From NCBI RefSeq assembly GCF_046119375.1, contig NW_027362761.1, positions 932,790,001 through 932,854,000 of the forward strand: a stretch of DNA of 64,000 nucleotides, read 5' to 3'. Both the position numbers and the translations under genes were made by a program. The DNA comes from Phyllobates terribilis. Its lineage: Eukaryota. The notes below the pieces were generated by a model that was not told the DNA's origin, searched no databases, and saw nothing but the letters and a program-made list of their open reading frames with translations. Shown piece by piece: positions 28,276 through 41,011 of this stretch; the first letter of the stretch is position 1, and each line of letters opens with the position of its first letter.

Positions 28276-29407
28276 TGTAGCGTCGGCGTCCCTGCCTCCT
28301 GCTAGGCAGGGACGCTGTTCCCCTCACCTCTCCGCTCCGTGCCCGGCGTCTTCCTCCCGCTCTGCTGGCAGCGTGCACTGCTTCCCGGCCACTGTGCTTA
28401 GGGCGCGTGCGCACTCCCCCTCTCTTAAAGGGGCCGCGCGCGCCGTCCTAAGGAGTCCCCGGCCAATGGCCGGAGGACCTCACCATATATAAGGCACCTC
28501 CTCCAAAATGGAGGTGCCCGAGCAATGTTGTTGCATAGCCTATCACTCTGCTTCAGCCCTCAGGTCCCGTTACCAGATGCCTGCCTGATACTTGTCTATC
28601 TACTTGCATTCCTGCGGTCCGACAGTCTGCCTACCAGCCCTGCCAGTCTGTCTATGGATCTGATTGCCCGCTCACCTGGGAGCGCTCATCTGCTACCTGC
28701 CTGCTAGCCTACCTGGAGGCTCTGCCGTCACGTGCTGTGACCACCTGCCTGTCCAGAGACTCTTACCCGCTCACCTGGGAGCGTCCGCCTGCTACCTGCC
28801 TGCTAGCCTACCTGGAGGCTCTGCCGTCACATGCTGTGACCACCTGCCTGTCCAGAGACTCTTACCCACTCACCTGGGAGCGTCCGCCTGCTACCTGCCT
28901 GCTAGCCTACCTGGAGGCTCTGCCATCACCTGTTGTGACCACCTGCCTGTCCAGAGACTCTTGCCCGCTCACCTGGGAGCGTCCACCTGCTACCTGCCTG
29001 CTAGTCTACCTGGAGGCTTAACCATCACTTGCTGTGACCACCTGCCTGTCCAGAGAGTCTTGCCCGCTCACCTGGGAGCGTCCACCTGCTACCCACCTGC
29101 TAGCCTATCTGGAGGCTTAGCCGTCACTTGCCGTGACCACCCGCCTGTCAAGAGACTGTTCCCGTCATTTGCCGTGACCTCCTGCCCTTCTACCCAGAGA
29201 CTGTCCCCGTCACTTGCCGTGACCTCCTGCCCTTCTACCCAGAGACTGTCCCCGTCACTTGCCGTGACCTCCTGCCCTTCTATCCAGAGACTGTCCCCGT
29301 CACTTGCCATGACTACCTGCCCGCCTACCCTGGGAGCCACCCGCTTCCTTACAAGGACTGCCCCTTTGTATCGTTGCTCAGAGGTTCCACCTCCCAGACC
29401 CGTTACA
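28276..29407 (+). mobile_element. Solo LTR of the same chromovirus family as 47970-59549 (opposite orientation, diverged subfamily)
   Basis: TGTAGCG...CGTTACA; U3, TATA and primer region nearly identical to the array LTRs; internal 99-bp and 45-bp tandem repeats; flanks aattt/atttt (4 of 5 match). Confidence 0.92.
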
Positions 29408-30133
29408 ATTTTCATTACACATGCGCATTATTTTGTGTCATTGCGCATGTACATTTATTTCTTTCTGGTGTTTTTCACATCTTATAAAGAAGCCTGTGGA
29501 ATAAACAACAATGGATAAAATGCCATACAAAGTGTATAAAACATTAGCAAAATAAAAGCCACTGACTCAAAAAGCTGCAATTTAAAAATCACTGAATGTA
29601 GAGCATTTTATACAACTTTTATACATTCTTGACGTTCTGATACTTTTTTTTAAGAATCCAGATTTTCACAATACAAATTTAATTTGCTATAGTGACATGC
29701 TAATAAAACCCTTGACATGCTACAGACAACATTGCAACCACTGGGTAGCAACATATAGGCACACAGCATAAACAACTCTCAGAATATTGCAAAATCATGT
29801 TTTTTCACTTCTAGTAATCTCAGAATATTTTGAGCCAAGAGGAATGATATGGAAGGACTCTGTAGGCAAAAAAATAAACATCTTGTCACAGAAAAAGGAT
29901 TCAAAATACTACGGAAATACAATGTATCAAACCAGCCTACCAACACAGCTCTAAAACTGTTGCTAAATAATTGCTAAATAAAGTGAAATTTAATCTGAAA
30001 GATGATAAATATTATGACACTGAAAATGAACAATGTTGAATAATGAAGAAATCGACAAAATAAAATCAAATTATCACTGGACAACAAATTTTTTCGAATG
30101 TTTTGCTTCCTTGAAAATTGAGGTGATTATGAT

Positions 30134-30479
30134 GCAAATTGCCTCTTCAGAGAAATAGAGGACTTGAACTCTATAGTGCCACCTATTGGAAGCAGCAATC
30201 CTACAAGTCACAATCAACCCTTGCAATATGACTTAGGATAATAGCCAAATCAGAATCTCAATTTGCAGACAAGGTGTTTCAGGCTGTTGGCCCTCGTCAG
30301 TGCAAAGTATGAGAACTGATTTGGCTAGGTGAGAGGCTCTCTGGACTAAGGTCTAAGGGGTAATGTTTCTCTTTGTGGAGAGTGACACACCGGCTCTGGC
30401 TTCAATATGCAAATTGCCTCCTTACTTTGGCATGCCAGAGCCGGTGTATCACAAGGAGAAATGTTACCCCTTAGATATC
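30134..30479 (-). mobile_element. 346-bp hammerhead-containing retro-insertion (retrozyme or Penelope pseudo-LTR-like) with 13-bp TSD
   Basis: AGGTGATTATGAT duplicated at 30121-30133 and 30480-30492; internal inverted repeat; no ORF. Confidence 0.8.
30257..30313 (-). ncRNA. Type I hammerhead ribozyme
   Basis: Minus strand UUUGCA CUGACGA GGGC-CAACA-GCCU GAAA CA-CCU-UG UC^ UGCAAA; all core nucleotides and stems I-III present, stem I extends with UCUCA/UGAGA. Confidence 0.85.
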
Positions 30480-33400
30480 AGGTGATTATGATAAACTCAT
30501 TCAATCTAAGCAGAAATATAATTTTGTATAGTATGTATCACATAGAAATTTTGAGAAACATGAGATTAAGTTTTTTGCTGCTGATTTTAATTTGTACTCA
30601 ATGGCCATTGCATTCCGTAGTAGTGTCCAGCAACAGTCAGCTAGCATTGATGTATTCCAGGAGCCTTGATAACACTTTTTCATTGTGGCAAAATCTTGGT
30701 GAAACCATTTGCCATGTTCTTTATTGATTGCACCAAGATTTTCAGGAAACAATTCCAAATATGAATGCAGAAAATAAATTTTCAATGACATGTTGCACTT
30801 TATCGCTTTGTAAGCTTCAACCAATTCAATGTAATTTGGTGCTCGATAGTTGCCAAGGAAATTCTCAGAAACATCCTTGAAATATTTCCAAGTAATTTTC
30901 TCAGACCCCAGCAGAAGCTCATCCAAGTACTTGACATTCATGATGTGTCGGATTTGTAGACAAATAAAAATGCCCCTCTTAATCTTGGCATCGTTATCCT
31001 TGCGAACGGTTGTCTCAAATAACAAAACCTTCTGCTTCCTTGTTCAATGCTTTCACAAAATTTTTCATCAGCCCAAGTTTTATGTGAAGTGGAGGCAGAA
31101 ATATAATTGCTTGGTTCACAAGTACCTTATGTGTAACATTTTTCTGCCCGGGAGTCAACTGGTTACAGATTGGCCACTTCCTTCTACTGTAACGTGACTG
31201 CTTAGCACTGCTGTACAATTCGCAAATGAAACAGCAGTACTTGGTATATCCGAGCTGCAATCCAAGCAGCAGTGCCACTACTTTTAAATCTGCACAGATA
31301 TTCCAGTTGATGTACTACAACAACAGTTCCATGTTCTCATTAATTTCTTTCATGTGTGCAGGATATCTAACTGGTATTGAAGGATGAACATTACCATTGT
31401 GTAACAAGACAGCATTTAGACTTAACATTGATAAGTCAATAAATAGACGTCACTGTTTTGGCTCGTGCTCACAATCCAAAGCTGCGAACAACCCAACGTT
31501 AGTGCACAAGCACAGGTTGTCAACCTGTTAAAAAAAATGAAATGTGTTACTTCATCTTGGTGGCTTCCAAAGACAGAAACTTTTGTACTAGGTGACAGCA
31601 AATGCCTTCCTTGTAGTTTTGAAGGCATTAACTCTGAATTTTATTTTGACAGATGTAAATCTCGGACCAAGTCATTCAGTTCTGACTGTTTTATAAGATG
31701 AAGGTCACCAGACATGTATGCCTCAAAGTCTGAATCAGCATTGTTCCCTATCTTGGACCCATAGACTGCAACATCTTCATCTGCTGCCTCTTCTAGGCTC
31801 CATGTGGCTTTGGTACTTGAAGAGTGTCATCTTGTGGCACTGGTCTCATAGTTGAAAGCAGAAGAGGATATTCAATATATTTCTTATTCTGAGCAGTGAA
31901 ACCAGAGACATTGGTTAGACAAAAGTAAAGGCCGGTCACATCATCCTTCTGTTGCCGTTATATCATTGGGACAGCAAACGGCATTGACTTGCGAGAACCT
32001 CTTAGCCAACCTCTAAGATTAACAGCACATCTTACACAACAGATGTGAGGAGCCCATGATTTGTCTTTATCACTAAACTTGCATCCAAAGTTCAGCTTTT
32101 AGACTTTCATGATGAGAGCTGTCATGGTGTGTCTTTGAGGCTTAGGCATGTATTCTACGCAAATGTAACAGAAGGTATTGCGACTGTTCCGACACTGACA
32201 AGACATTTTTGCTATATCAGATCATACTGTAGTATTTTATAGCTGCTTAGATTTTAAATAAGTTGCAGAATCTTTGCAAGCAGATTTTACAGCCACTGCA
32301 GGCAGCGTCCAGACATGTCTAGGTGTGCCTAGTCTGTAGCAATTCCACTGAAGTTTTGCAACTTCAATGAAATGCAAGGAATTCATGCCTGTGCTTGCCT
32401 ATAAATTACATAACAGCAATAATTGTGGATAATACATGGAAAGAAACGGTAATTGACAGGAAAATTTAAAAATATTTTTCGTGATCAGCAGCTCAAATTA
32501 CATGAAACACATCTAAAAGTGTATAGAGGCATTCAACTTCCCTCCTTGTTTTCTGTGTGTGAAGAATAAAAAAAAATTACAGTTAAGGTGCTATTATTGT
32601 GGTATATCACAGGTCAATGAATTCACAGACACACTGAGTGACTAGGCAGTTACAGCAGCTCCTTATATCACTTGAATTTTTTAATAATTATTCACAGACT
32701 GAGACTTCCACTCCTACTTTTCAAAATGGTTCACCGCATTACAACACCACAATCAGATCTAAACATTTTTCTTTCCCTATGTGGAATGAGATCCTCACTC
32801 AAATGGAACAACCAGGTGAAGCTACAACTCTTAACTGTATATGTATTTATAGCATGCAGATTCAATAGGGTAGAGCAGGGAGACAAGATCTCCCTGCACT
32901 ACCATTCTCAATTCTGTAGGCTGTAGGCCGCTTTATGCCTGTGGACTAAATTATGGTAGGTTTATGAACTGTTAAAGTGTTGGGCAGGGACAGAATGATG
33001 TGATAACGTCATCACGCCTGAATTCTGATGTTCTGTGCATGCCCTAGTGCAATGACATTACCACGTTGGCCAACTTGTGCCTTATTACGGGCCACCAGAA
33101 TAGGGAAGACCGAGAATATTCTTCTCATCTGTGCCCAAGGCCACAGTGCACGCCGTGATGTCATGACTCTCTAACATTTTGCGCGCTTTAGCAGTACTAA
33201 AGGAACACATTTAAGCACGAACGGTGTATATCAGAAGATGAGATGAGGACCGGACAAGTGACATTGAGTAGCGAAGTGGACAGAGAGATTACCGGTGATG
33301 TGAGTGTAAGGATCTTTTTTATTTTTTACATATTACAGTAATCTCTTAAAACCCCCAAAGCATAATAAGGTATACTAATTTGTCAAAGAATAACTTCTTC

Positions 33401-33528
33401 AAAAATCATATTTCCCAGGAAAATCTGTTCTAACAGATAAATTTGAAATTTTCCAGGCCTATATTACTGTACATTAGTAGACTCAGGAGACATTTCTACT
33501 ATATGTGGGGACTCATGGGACATTATTA

Positions 33529-35466
33529 CCATATTTTTTGGACTATAAGATGCACTGGACCATAAGATGCACCTAGGTTTTAGAGGAAGAAAATAGGGAA
33601 AAAAAATGTAAGCAAAAAATGTGGTCATGATGCCCTGTTATGGTGGAGGGGGTCTGCTGCTGACACTGGTATTGGTATAATGTCCCACAATTCTGTTAAT
33701 ATCCTTCATCCTGGTATATATGGCCCCTCCTTCCTGGTATACATGGCCCCAATCCCCATCCTGGTATGCATGCTACCCCTTGATCCCCCATCCTGGTATG
33801 CATGGCACTCCTTCATCCCCCTTTCTGGTATGCATCGCACCCCTTGATCCGCCTTCCTGGTATGCATAGCACCCACTGATCCCCATTCTAGTATTCATGG
33901 CACCCCTTGATCCCCCATCATGGTATGCATGGCACCCCTTGATCCCCCATCCTGGTATTCATGGCACTCCTTGATCCCCCATCCTGATATTCATGGCACC
34001 CCCTGATACCCATCTTAATATTCATGGCACCCCTTGATCCCCCATCCTGGTATGCATTGCACCCCTTTATCTCCCATCCTGGTATGCATGGCACTCCTTG
34101 ATCCCCCATTCTGGTATGGATGGCACCCCTTGATCCCCCATCCTGGTATGCATGGCACCCCTTGATCCCCCTTTCTGGTATGCATCACACCCCTTGATCC
34201 CCCTTCCTGGTATGCATAGCACCCACTGATCCCCATTCTAGTATTCATGGCACCCCTTGATCCCTCATCATGGTATGCATGGCACTCCTTGATCCCCCAT
34301 CCTGGTATTCATGGCACCCCTTGATCCCCCATCCTGATATTCATGGCACCCCCTGATACCCATCTTAGTATTCATGGCACCCCTTGATCCCCCATCCTGG
34401 TATGCATGGCACCCCTTTATCTCCCATCCTGGTATGCATGGCACTCCTTGATCCCCCATTCTGGTATGCATGGCACCCCTTGATCCCCCATCCTGGTATG
34501 CATGGCACCCCTTAATCCCCCATCCTGGTATTCATGGCACCCCTTGATCCCCCATCCTGGTATGCATGGCACCCTCTGAGCCCCCATCCTGGTATGCATG
34601 GCACCCTCTGAGCCCCCATGTTGATATGCATGGCACCCCTTGAGCCCTCATCCTAGTATGCATGGCACCCCTTGAGCTCCCCTCCTGGTATGCATGGCAC
34701 CCTGTGAGCCCCCATCCTGGTATGCATGGCACCCTCTGAACCCCCATCCTGGTATGCATGGCACCCTCTGAACCCCCATCCTGGTATGCATGGCACCCTC
34801 TGAGCCCCCATTGTGGTATGCATGGCACCCTCTGAGCCCCCATTACGCTGCCCACAAAAAAAATAAACAATCATACTCACCTTCTCTCTCCTCCAGCGCT
34901 GTCCCGATCTGCTGCCGACACTGTCACTGTTTGAGCCGCGCATGGCAGGGCACAGTGTGAGATGCTGTGATGGAATAGTCACTGTTCCCCATTCCGGTAC
35001 TCTGTGCATGGGGAGCAGTGACCATTCAGTCTGTTCAATAGCTCGCATACTGCATCTGTGGTGAGTGTGCCTGCTATTAAAGACCATGGATATTCACTAC
35101 AACCCATGGGAGTGGGTTGCAGGGAATATTCATGAGCTTTAATAGCGGGCACACAGACCGCAGAGCGGCAGCAGAAGCCATGCTGCGGCTCCAGTGTGCT
35201 GGCTATTAAGAGAAATGAATATTAATTGCTCTCCACCCCCATGGGCGTAGGGACCAGGGAATATTCATTTTCTTTAGTAGCAAGCACAGCGCAGGCTGCA
35301 GCAGGCGGCTGCTGCCTCCTATGTCATGCTGGTCCCCCGCTGCCGCTTCCCCACACCCACCATCATGCACAGCCAGGTATATAGTATTCGGACTATAAGA
35401 CGCACCCCCCACTTTCCTCCAAAATTTTGGAGGAAAAAAGAGCGTCTTATAGTCCCAAAAACACGG
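33529..35466. mobile_element. Non-autonomous Tc2/pogo-like element (TA TSD) carrying a minisatellite
   Basis: TA|ccatattttttggactataagatgc ... gcgtcttatagtcccaaaaacacgg|TA. Confidence 0.8.
33700..34842. repeat. 32-bp minisatellite (about 35 units) with a duplicated about 350-bp higher-order block
   Basis: Unit catcctggtatgcatggcaccccttgatcccc; the diagnostic variant ctagtattc recurs at 33888 and 34238. Confidence 0.92.
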
Positions 35467-35869
35467 TAAATGTTAAGTGGACACTTAATAAGCATTATTG
35501 TTATAAGGGTAGTCAGAGCATTGTGACTGTCAAAGCATAATTACTTTTTGCAAGGCAAAATGTGGACACTGTTTTATAGTGCAGATGCACAGATCATTAA
35601 TGTTTTCTAGAGATTAATTTTACCATCTAGAGAGCACATAGCTACCATTTTACTTTGTAAGGGGCACAATGATAAGCATTATTATGTGTGGAACTATGAG
35701 GAGCACTGTTTTTGTACTACACAGCAGGTCCAGTAACAAGAACAAATCCTGCAGCAGAAGGCTCAGCATTGGGATGACAGAAGGATGAGGAGTTTGGGCA
35801 TGCTTGGGGATAGATGGGGAGAGTGCCAGTAATGTGAGAAGTTAAATGTGAGTTTGTTGTAAACTCTGC

Positions 35870-36190
35870 AGATAAGTAATTGCAGGAAGAAGTTGTCATG
35901 GTGGTCTGGGCCAGATGGAGAAGACACAAGAAGGGAATGTGTACATTAGAAAGAATATAGTTTGTAAGTCATTATCTATAATTCTGCAGTAATCGCTTGC
36001 TTTGTTTTGCAGGGCTGGCATCTACAACTATATGGTCACCATATGGTTGTATTATTGAAGTTTGTTTTCATATAGAGATTTAGTTTCAATATCAGCAGGG
36101 TCAATTGCTGAGGTTCCTCTATACCCATGATTAGGGTGTACCACAGTAGTTATAAACATGTTTTTCTGGTTAAAGGTCACTCATGTTTTT
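35870..36190 (+). repeat. Old interspersed repeat; diverged paralogue at about 62575-62900
   Basis: Shared anchors gtctgggccagatgga, tatatggtcacc, tgctgaggtt..ctatac...attagggtgt. Confidence 0.6.
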
Positions 36191-36329
36191 CATCCCCCAG
36201 GGCTGAATCCCTAGCTACACCTCTGCCTATACTGTAAAATTCTACTTGTCTGACCCTCATCTTTTGAAGATAACAGAAATATAAGGGGCTTCCATATTAA
36301 GGGTAGCACAAAGGCTCTGCAAAAGTGAA

Positions 36330-36765
36330 ATAGCCCTTGCCCCTCAAAAGAAATTCAGCAAATTTTGTGCTACCAAATCCAAATGCTCCCTCCTTTCTAA
36401 GCCGCACAGTGTTCCTGTACTGCAGTTAGCGTCCACATGTTTGGCATTTCTGTAGCCCGCCTGATTTACTGGTACATGTCTCCAGAAGCACAAGCTGGGC
36501 ATAGCATACTGGTCATTACAACGGCAGTTTGCAATTTTCACACAGCAGCATCCACTGCTGCTTGTTTCTGGAAAACACCCATGTAGTTAAAATCCTCACC
36601 ACACCAGTAGATAAATTCCCAAAGAAGTATAATTTCCAAAGTGGGGTCACTTAAGGGGGGATTCTGCTCTTCTAGCACTTAGGGGCTCTGTATATGGAGT
36701 CTGCAAACTATTCTAGAAAAATCTGCGCTCCAGGAGGCAAATAGCACTCCTTCCCTTTGTCAAGT
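36330..36765. mobile_element. Internal fragment of the piggyBac-type non-autonomous family seen at 41322-43320
   Basis: Motifs such as tttccaaagtggggtcact and tagataaattcc resemble, in reverse orientation, motifs at 41950-42550. Confidence 0.5.
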
Positions 36766-36989
36766 GTTTATATTAGTCATAAACAAAGTGGCTGCATTTT
36801 AAGGCAAAGAGGGGTTGCCAAGTATGCTCTTTGTACCACTTGGTGCTCATTAAAATACAGTGCAGGAAAACTTCAAAGCTTTTTTTGCAAGGTATGTGGC
36901 ATGGCCAGTGTGATATAGAGAGCTGTTGGGGCGATTAAAAGGCTGAGAATCTTGGGGGCAACAACTTTAAAAGGAAAAACCTGACTTAA

Positions 36990-39051
36990 AGGGGTATTCC
37001 CATCTCCAAGATCCTATCCCAATATGTAGTAGGTGTAATAATAGTAATATTAGCAAATATCTCTAATTAGAAATGTAGTATAGTATTTTTGATTCGCTAT
37101 CTCTCTTTCCTCATGTGTAGGCATCGCAGGACCTTAGGTATCCATGGTTACGACCACTAGCAAGTAGCTAACTTACTGTGACTTTATCAGTGGACGTTAC
37201 CATGGATACCTAAAGTCCTGCGGTGCCTGCACATGAGGTAAAGAGACATAGCAAATAAAAAATACTACACAACATTTCTAATTTTAGGTATTTGCTAATA
37301 TTATTATTATTACAACCCCTGGCAAAAATTATGGAATCACCGGGCTCGGATGATGTTCATTCAGTTGTTTAATGTTGTTGAAAAAAAGCAGATCACAGAC
37401 ATGGCACAAAACTAAAGTAATTTCAAATGGCAACTTTAGGGTTTTAAGAAACACTAAAAGAAATCAAGATTAAAAATGTGGTACTCAGTAAGGGTAATTT
37501 TTTTCAGACCAAGCAGAGGGAAAAAATTATGGAATCACTCAATTCTGAGGAAAAAATTATGGAATCACTCTGTAAATTTTCATTTTCAAAACTAACAGCT
37601 ACATCAAATTAGATCTGCTCGTTAGTCTGCATCTAAAAAGGAGTGATCACACCTTGGAGAGCTGTTGCACCAAGTGGACAAGTGGACTGGCATGAATCAT
37701 GGCTCCAACACTAGAGATGTCAATTGAGATATCAAACTCTTAAAAGAAGGTAAATCATCATGCAATGTTGCAAAAGATGTTGGTTATTCACAGTCAGCTG
37801 TGTCTAAAATCTGGACCAAATACAAACAACATGGGAAGGTTGTTAAAGGCAAACATACTGGTAGACCAAGGAAGACATCAAAGCGTCAAGACCGGAAACT
37901 TAAAGCAATATATCTCCAAAACAGGAAATGCACAACAAAACAAATGAGGAACGAATGGGAGGAAACTGGAGTCAATGTCTGTGACCGAACTGTAAGAAAC
38001 CGCCTAAAGGAAATGGGATTTACATACCGAAAAGCTAAACATAAGCCATCATTAACACCTAAACAGAAAAAAACAAGGTTACAATGGGCTAAGGAAAAGC
38101 AATCGTGGACTGTGGATGATTGGATGAAAGTCATATTCAGTGATGAATCGCGAATTTGCATTGGGCACGCTGATGATGCTGGAACTTTTGTTTGGTGCCA
38201 TTCAAATGAGATTTAGAAAGATGACTGCATGAAGAGAACATGCAAATTTCCACAGTCATTAATGATATGGGGCTGCATGTCAGGTAAAGGCACAGGGGAG
38301 TTGGCTGTCATTACTTCTTCAATAAATGCCCAAGTTTACATTGATATTTTGGACAGTTTTCTTATCCCATCAATTGAAAGGATGTGTGGGGATGATGACA
38401 TCATTTTTCAAGATGATAATGCATCCTGCCATATAGCAAATACTGTGAAAAAACTCCTTGAAAGAAGACACATAAGGTCAATGTCATGGCCTGCAAATTG
38501 TCCGGATCTCAATCCAATTGAAAATCTTTGGTGGAAGTTGAAGAAAATGGTTCATGACAAGGCTCCAACCTGCAAAGCTGATCTGGCAACAGCAATCAAA
38601 GAAAGTTGGAGCCAGATTGATGAAGAATATTGTTTGTCACTCATTAAGTCCATGCCTCAGAGACTGCAAGCAGTTATTAAAGCCAAAGGTGGTGCAACAA
38701 AATACTAGTGATGTATTGGAGTGTTCTTTTGTGTGTTTGTTTTTCATGATTCCATAATTTTTCCACAGAATTGAGTGATTCCATAACTGTTTCCCTCTGC
38801 TTAGTCTGAAAAATATTACCCTTACTGAGTACCACATTTTTTTTCTTGATTCCTTTTAGTGTTTCTTAAAGCCCTAAAATTGCCATTTGAAATGACTTTA
38901 GTTTTGTGCCATGTCTGTCATCTGCTTTTTTTCAACAACATTAAACAACTGAATGAACATCCTCCGAGCCCAGTGATTCCATAATTTTTGCCAGGGGTTG
39001 TATTACACCTACTACATTTTGGAATAGGATCTTGGATATGGGAATACCCCT
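36990..39051. mobile_element. T2/Kolobok-type palindromic MITE (TTAA TSD) with a Tc1 inserted in its right arm
   Basis: TTAA|aggggtattccc...gggaatacccct|TTAA; arms are mutually complementary. Confidence 0.88.
37313..39000 (+). mobile_element. Full-length Tc1 (DD34E) with intact TIRs and TA TSD; transposase broken by an N-terminal deletion and one stop
   Basis: TA|caacccctggcaaaaattatgg...ccataatttttgccaggggttg|TA; FSDES; FQDDNASCH...PDLNPIE (34-aa spacing); TAG at 38214-38216. Confidence 0.93.
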
Positions 39052-40362
39052 TTAACTTTGGCTATGATACTATTTTATGATGAAGTCACTTTGCATACAA
39101 TTAGCATCCTATGCTAGTATTAGAGATGAATAAGAATACACTATTTTTGATTCAGAGACCTAATTTATCCTTTTCCTCCCTGTGATTCTCTTGACGATCT
39201 ATCACGAAAATAGCAGAGTTAAGCTGGTCTCATGCATTAAATAGCTGTCAGTTGGACATTTGTGTGGCAAACAGCCATCTATCCAGTCCTCACCAAATAC
39301 TTGAATGCTTAGATTGGCAGAACGTTCACTGTGTTTTCAACAGGAATGGAGGATAAAGTCACTGCCAGATGCCATGGATGACTCTCGACTGTTGTGTATG
39401 GGGACCATTGTGTTATTGTTTGCAAGGAAATCTCCACAAACCACCATCGTAAATTATAGTCAAGCTTCAATATATATGAATGTATTTGTAATGAGATTGT
39501 TAACAAACACTTGGTATGCAAATTTTATCTAAAATATTTTTCAATCTTCTCTTTATTAGTGAAAAAAAATTAATTTAATTTATTTAAACTGTACACATTG
39601 CCTTCATAATAAAGTTCTACAGTAAATATGGATTTGGTTGGAAAAATGTGCTTTATACTGGGTTTAGATTTGCTTTTTCGAAAAAGATTTAATATTTCCC
39701 GTTTGCATGTACTGTATTAAAATGAAGAAGACAGTTGCATTTTTCATCAAAGAGATGACATTAAAATTAATAAGCGGTAATACTTCTGATTGGTTTCAGG
39801 CTGTGAATGTTGAAGGTAAAACCAAATGGATTTTGTTATAAATGAAGGCTCAGATGTATTAAAAAAGCACTGCAATTCTATATATTTATTAAGTTATAGC
39901 TTGAGTGATTGGCACAATAGTCTGACAGCAATAATATATTACTGCAAAATAAAACTGTTCCTTTATTTGCCATATATTAGCCTTTTATTGCTTTCTAAGA
40001 TAATATGCACACATTAATATTTAAAGTGTGTGTGTCTCTGTTTTATCTCATATTTACCTCACATTTTTCCAATGTAAAGTGTAACAGCAAATTTTAAGGA
40101 AATAAAAACATTGAAAATTGAAAGTCAGTTTGGAATTTTGCTAAAGCTAAAAAAAAGGGATGGTCCATTTTAGGGTACTCTAAGATGCAGAATTTCAGTT
40201 TAGTTTTGGCAGCTGGAGTAATTTATTGCAGTCATCTCTTATACAGTTTCTGGTATTAGTACAAGTATCATTATAAGAATGCCACAGTAAACAAACATTT
40301 TTAAAAGTATATTAAATTCTAATGGCAGTGGTTTTGCTATGGGTTTCACTTCTTCATTTCAA

Positions 40363-40790
40363 AGGGAATCTGTCAGTAGGTTTTTCCTATGTAATCTGAG
40401 GACAGCATAAGGTAGGGGTTAAACACAGGATTCAGTAATGTGTCATATGTCCAGGCTGTGTGCAGTTGTTTACTTACACTAAAGGTTTTATCACTTGGTG
40501 ATTATCATTACATGGACTACAGAAGATACAGCAGTGTGTGCATGCTAGTCTGATTCACTCTACCACCTCCTGTGAAAAGCAGCTCACTGTCTATAGACTT
40601 GTACACTGAGACCCTGGTGTGGGAGGGGTTAGCTTCCTCCGCTCTACTGCATTGCTAAATCTAAAATCTCTGATTGTGTTAGAGCCACTGCACTCAGTAA
40701 ACTAAGTGATACATCATTGGATTCAGGGTCTCTTTGACTACATCATGCTGCTCTCAGATAAGGTAGAAAAAAACTGCTGACAGATTCACT
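40363..40790. mobile_element. T2/Kolobok-type MITE
   Basis: agggaatctgtcag ... ctgacagattcact|TTAA; left TSD reads TCAA. Confidence 0.75.
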
Positions 40791-41011
40791 TTAATGGGAA
40801 AAGTACCGACAAACTGAAAAAACACCCCTAGAAACTGCAGTGTGGTTCAACAAATAATATGTTTTAACATTATTTTTGTAAAACTATTCTATTTCAATAA
40901 AATCAATGAGACTGCAATTGCAACAAACAAGTAGTAGAAAAAATATTTGTCAATGTGTAAAGTTTATGTTATGGTAGTGGTGTTGCAGTTTCATTACCTT
41001 ACTTATTCCTG

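Larger units (their letters stand above)
30075..32520 (-). mobile_element. Chapaev3-like (CMC superfamily) DNA transposon remnant
   Basis: LLGLQLGYTKYCCFICE, FLPPLHIKLGLMKNFVKAL, FLGNYRAPNY...CNMSLKIYFLHS...HQDF...YQGSW...MLADCCW; family assignment is from motif recall, ends approximate. Confidence 0.7.

Noticed and set aside
31040-31075. Minus-strand CTGATGA...GAAA motif
   Set aside because: Lies in transposase coding sequence (LMKNFVKAL) with no stem I/III pairing; coincidental
32698-32817. Candidate plus-strand host exon (cacag|...ccag|gtgaag)
   Set aside because: Weak splice context and no recognisable protein in either open frame
33918-35087. Repetitive ORFs (MHTRMGDQGVPCIPGW...)
   Set aside because: Translations of the 32-bp minisatellite with shifting frames
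39345-39447. Candidate exon after ttttcaacag
   Set aside because: Translation not recognisable and no supporting neighbouring exons
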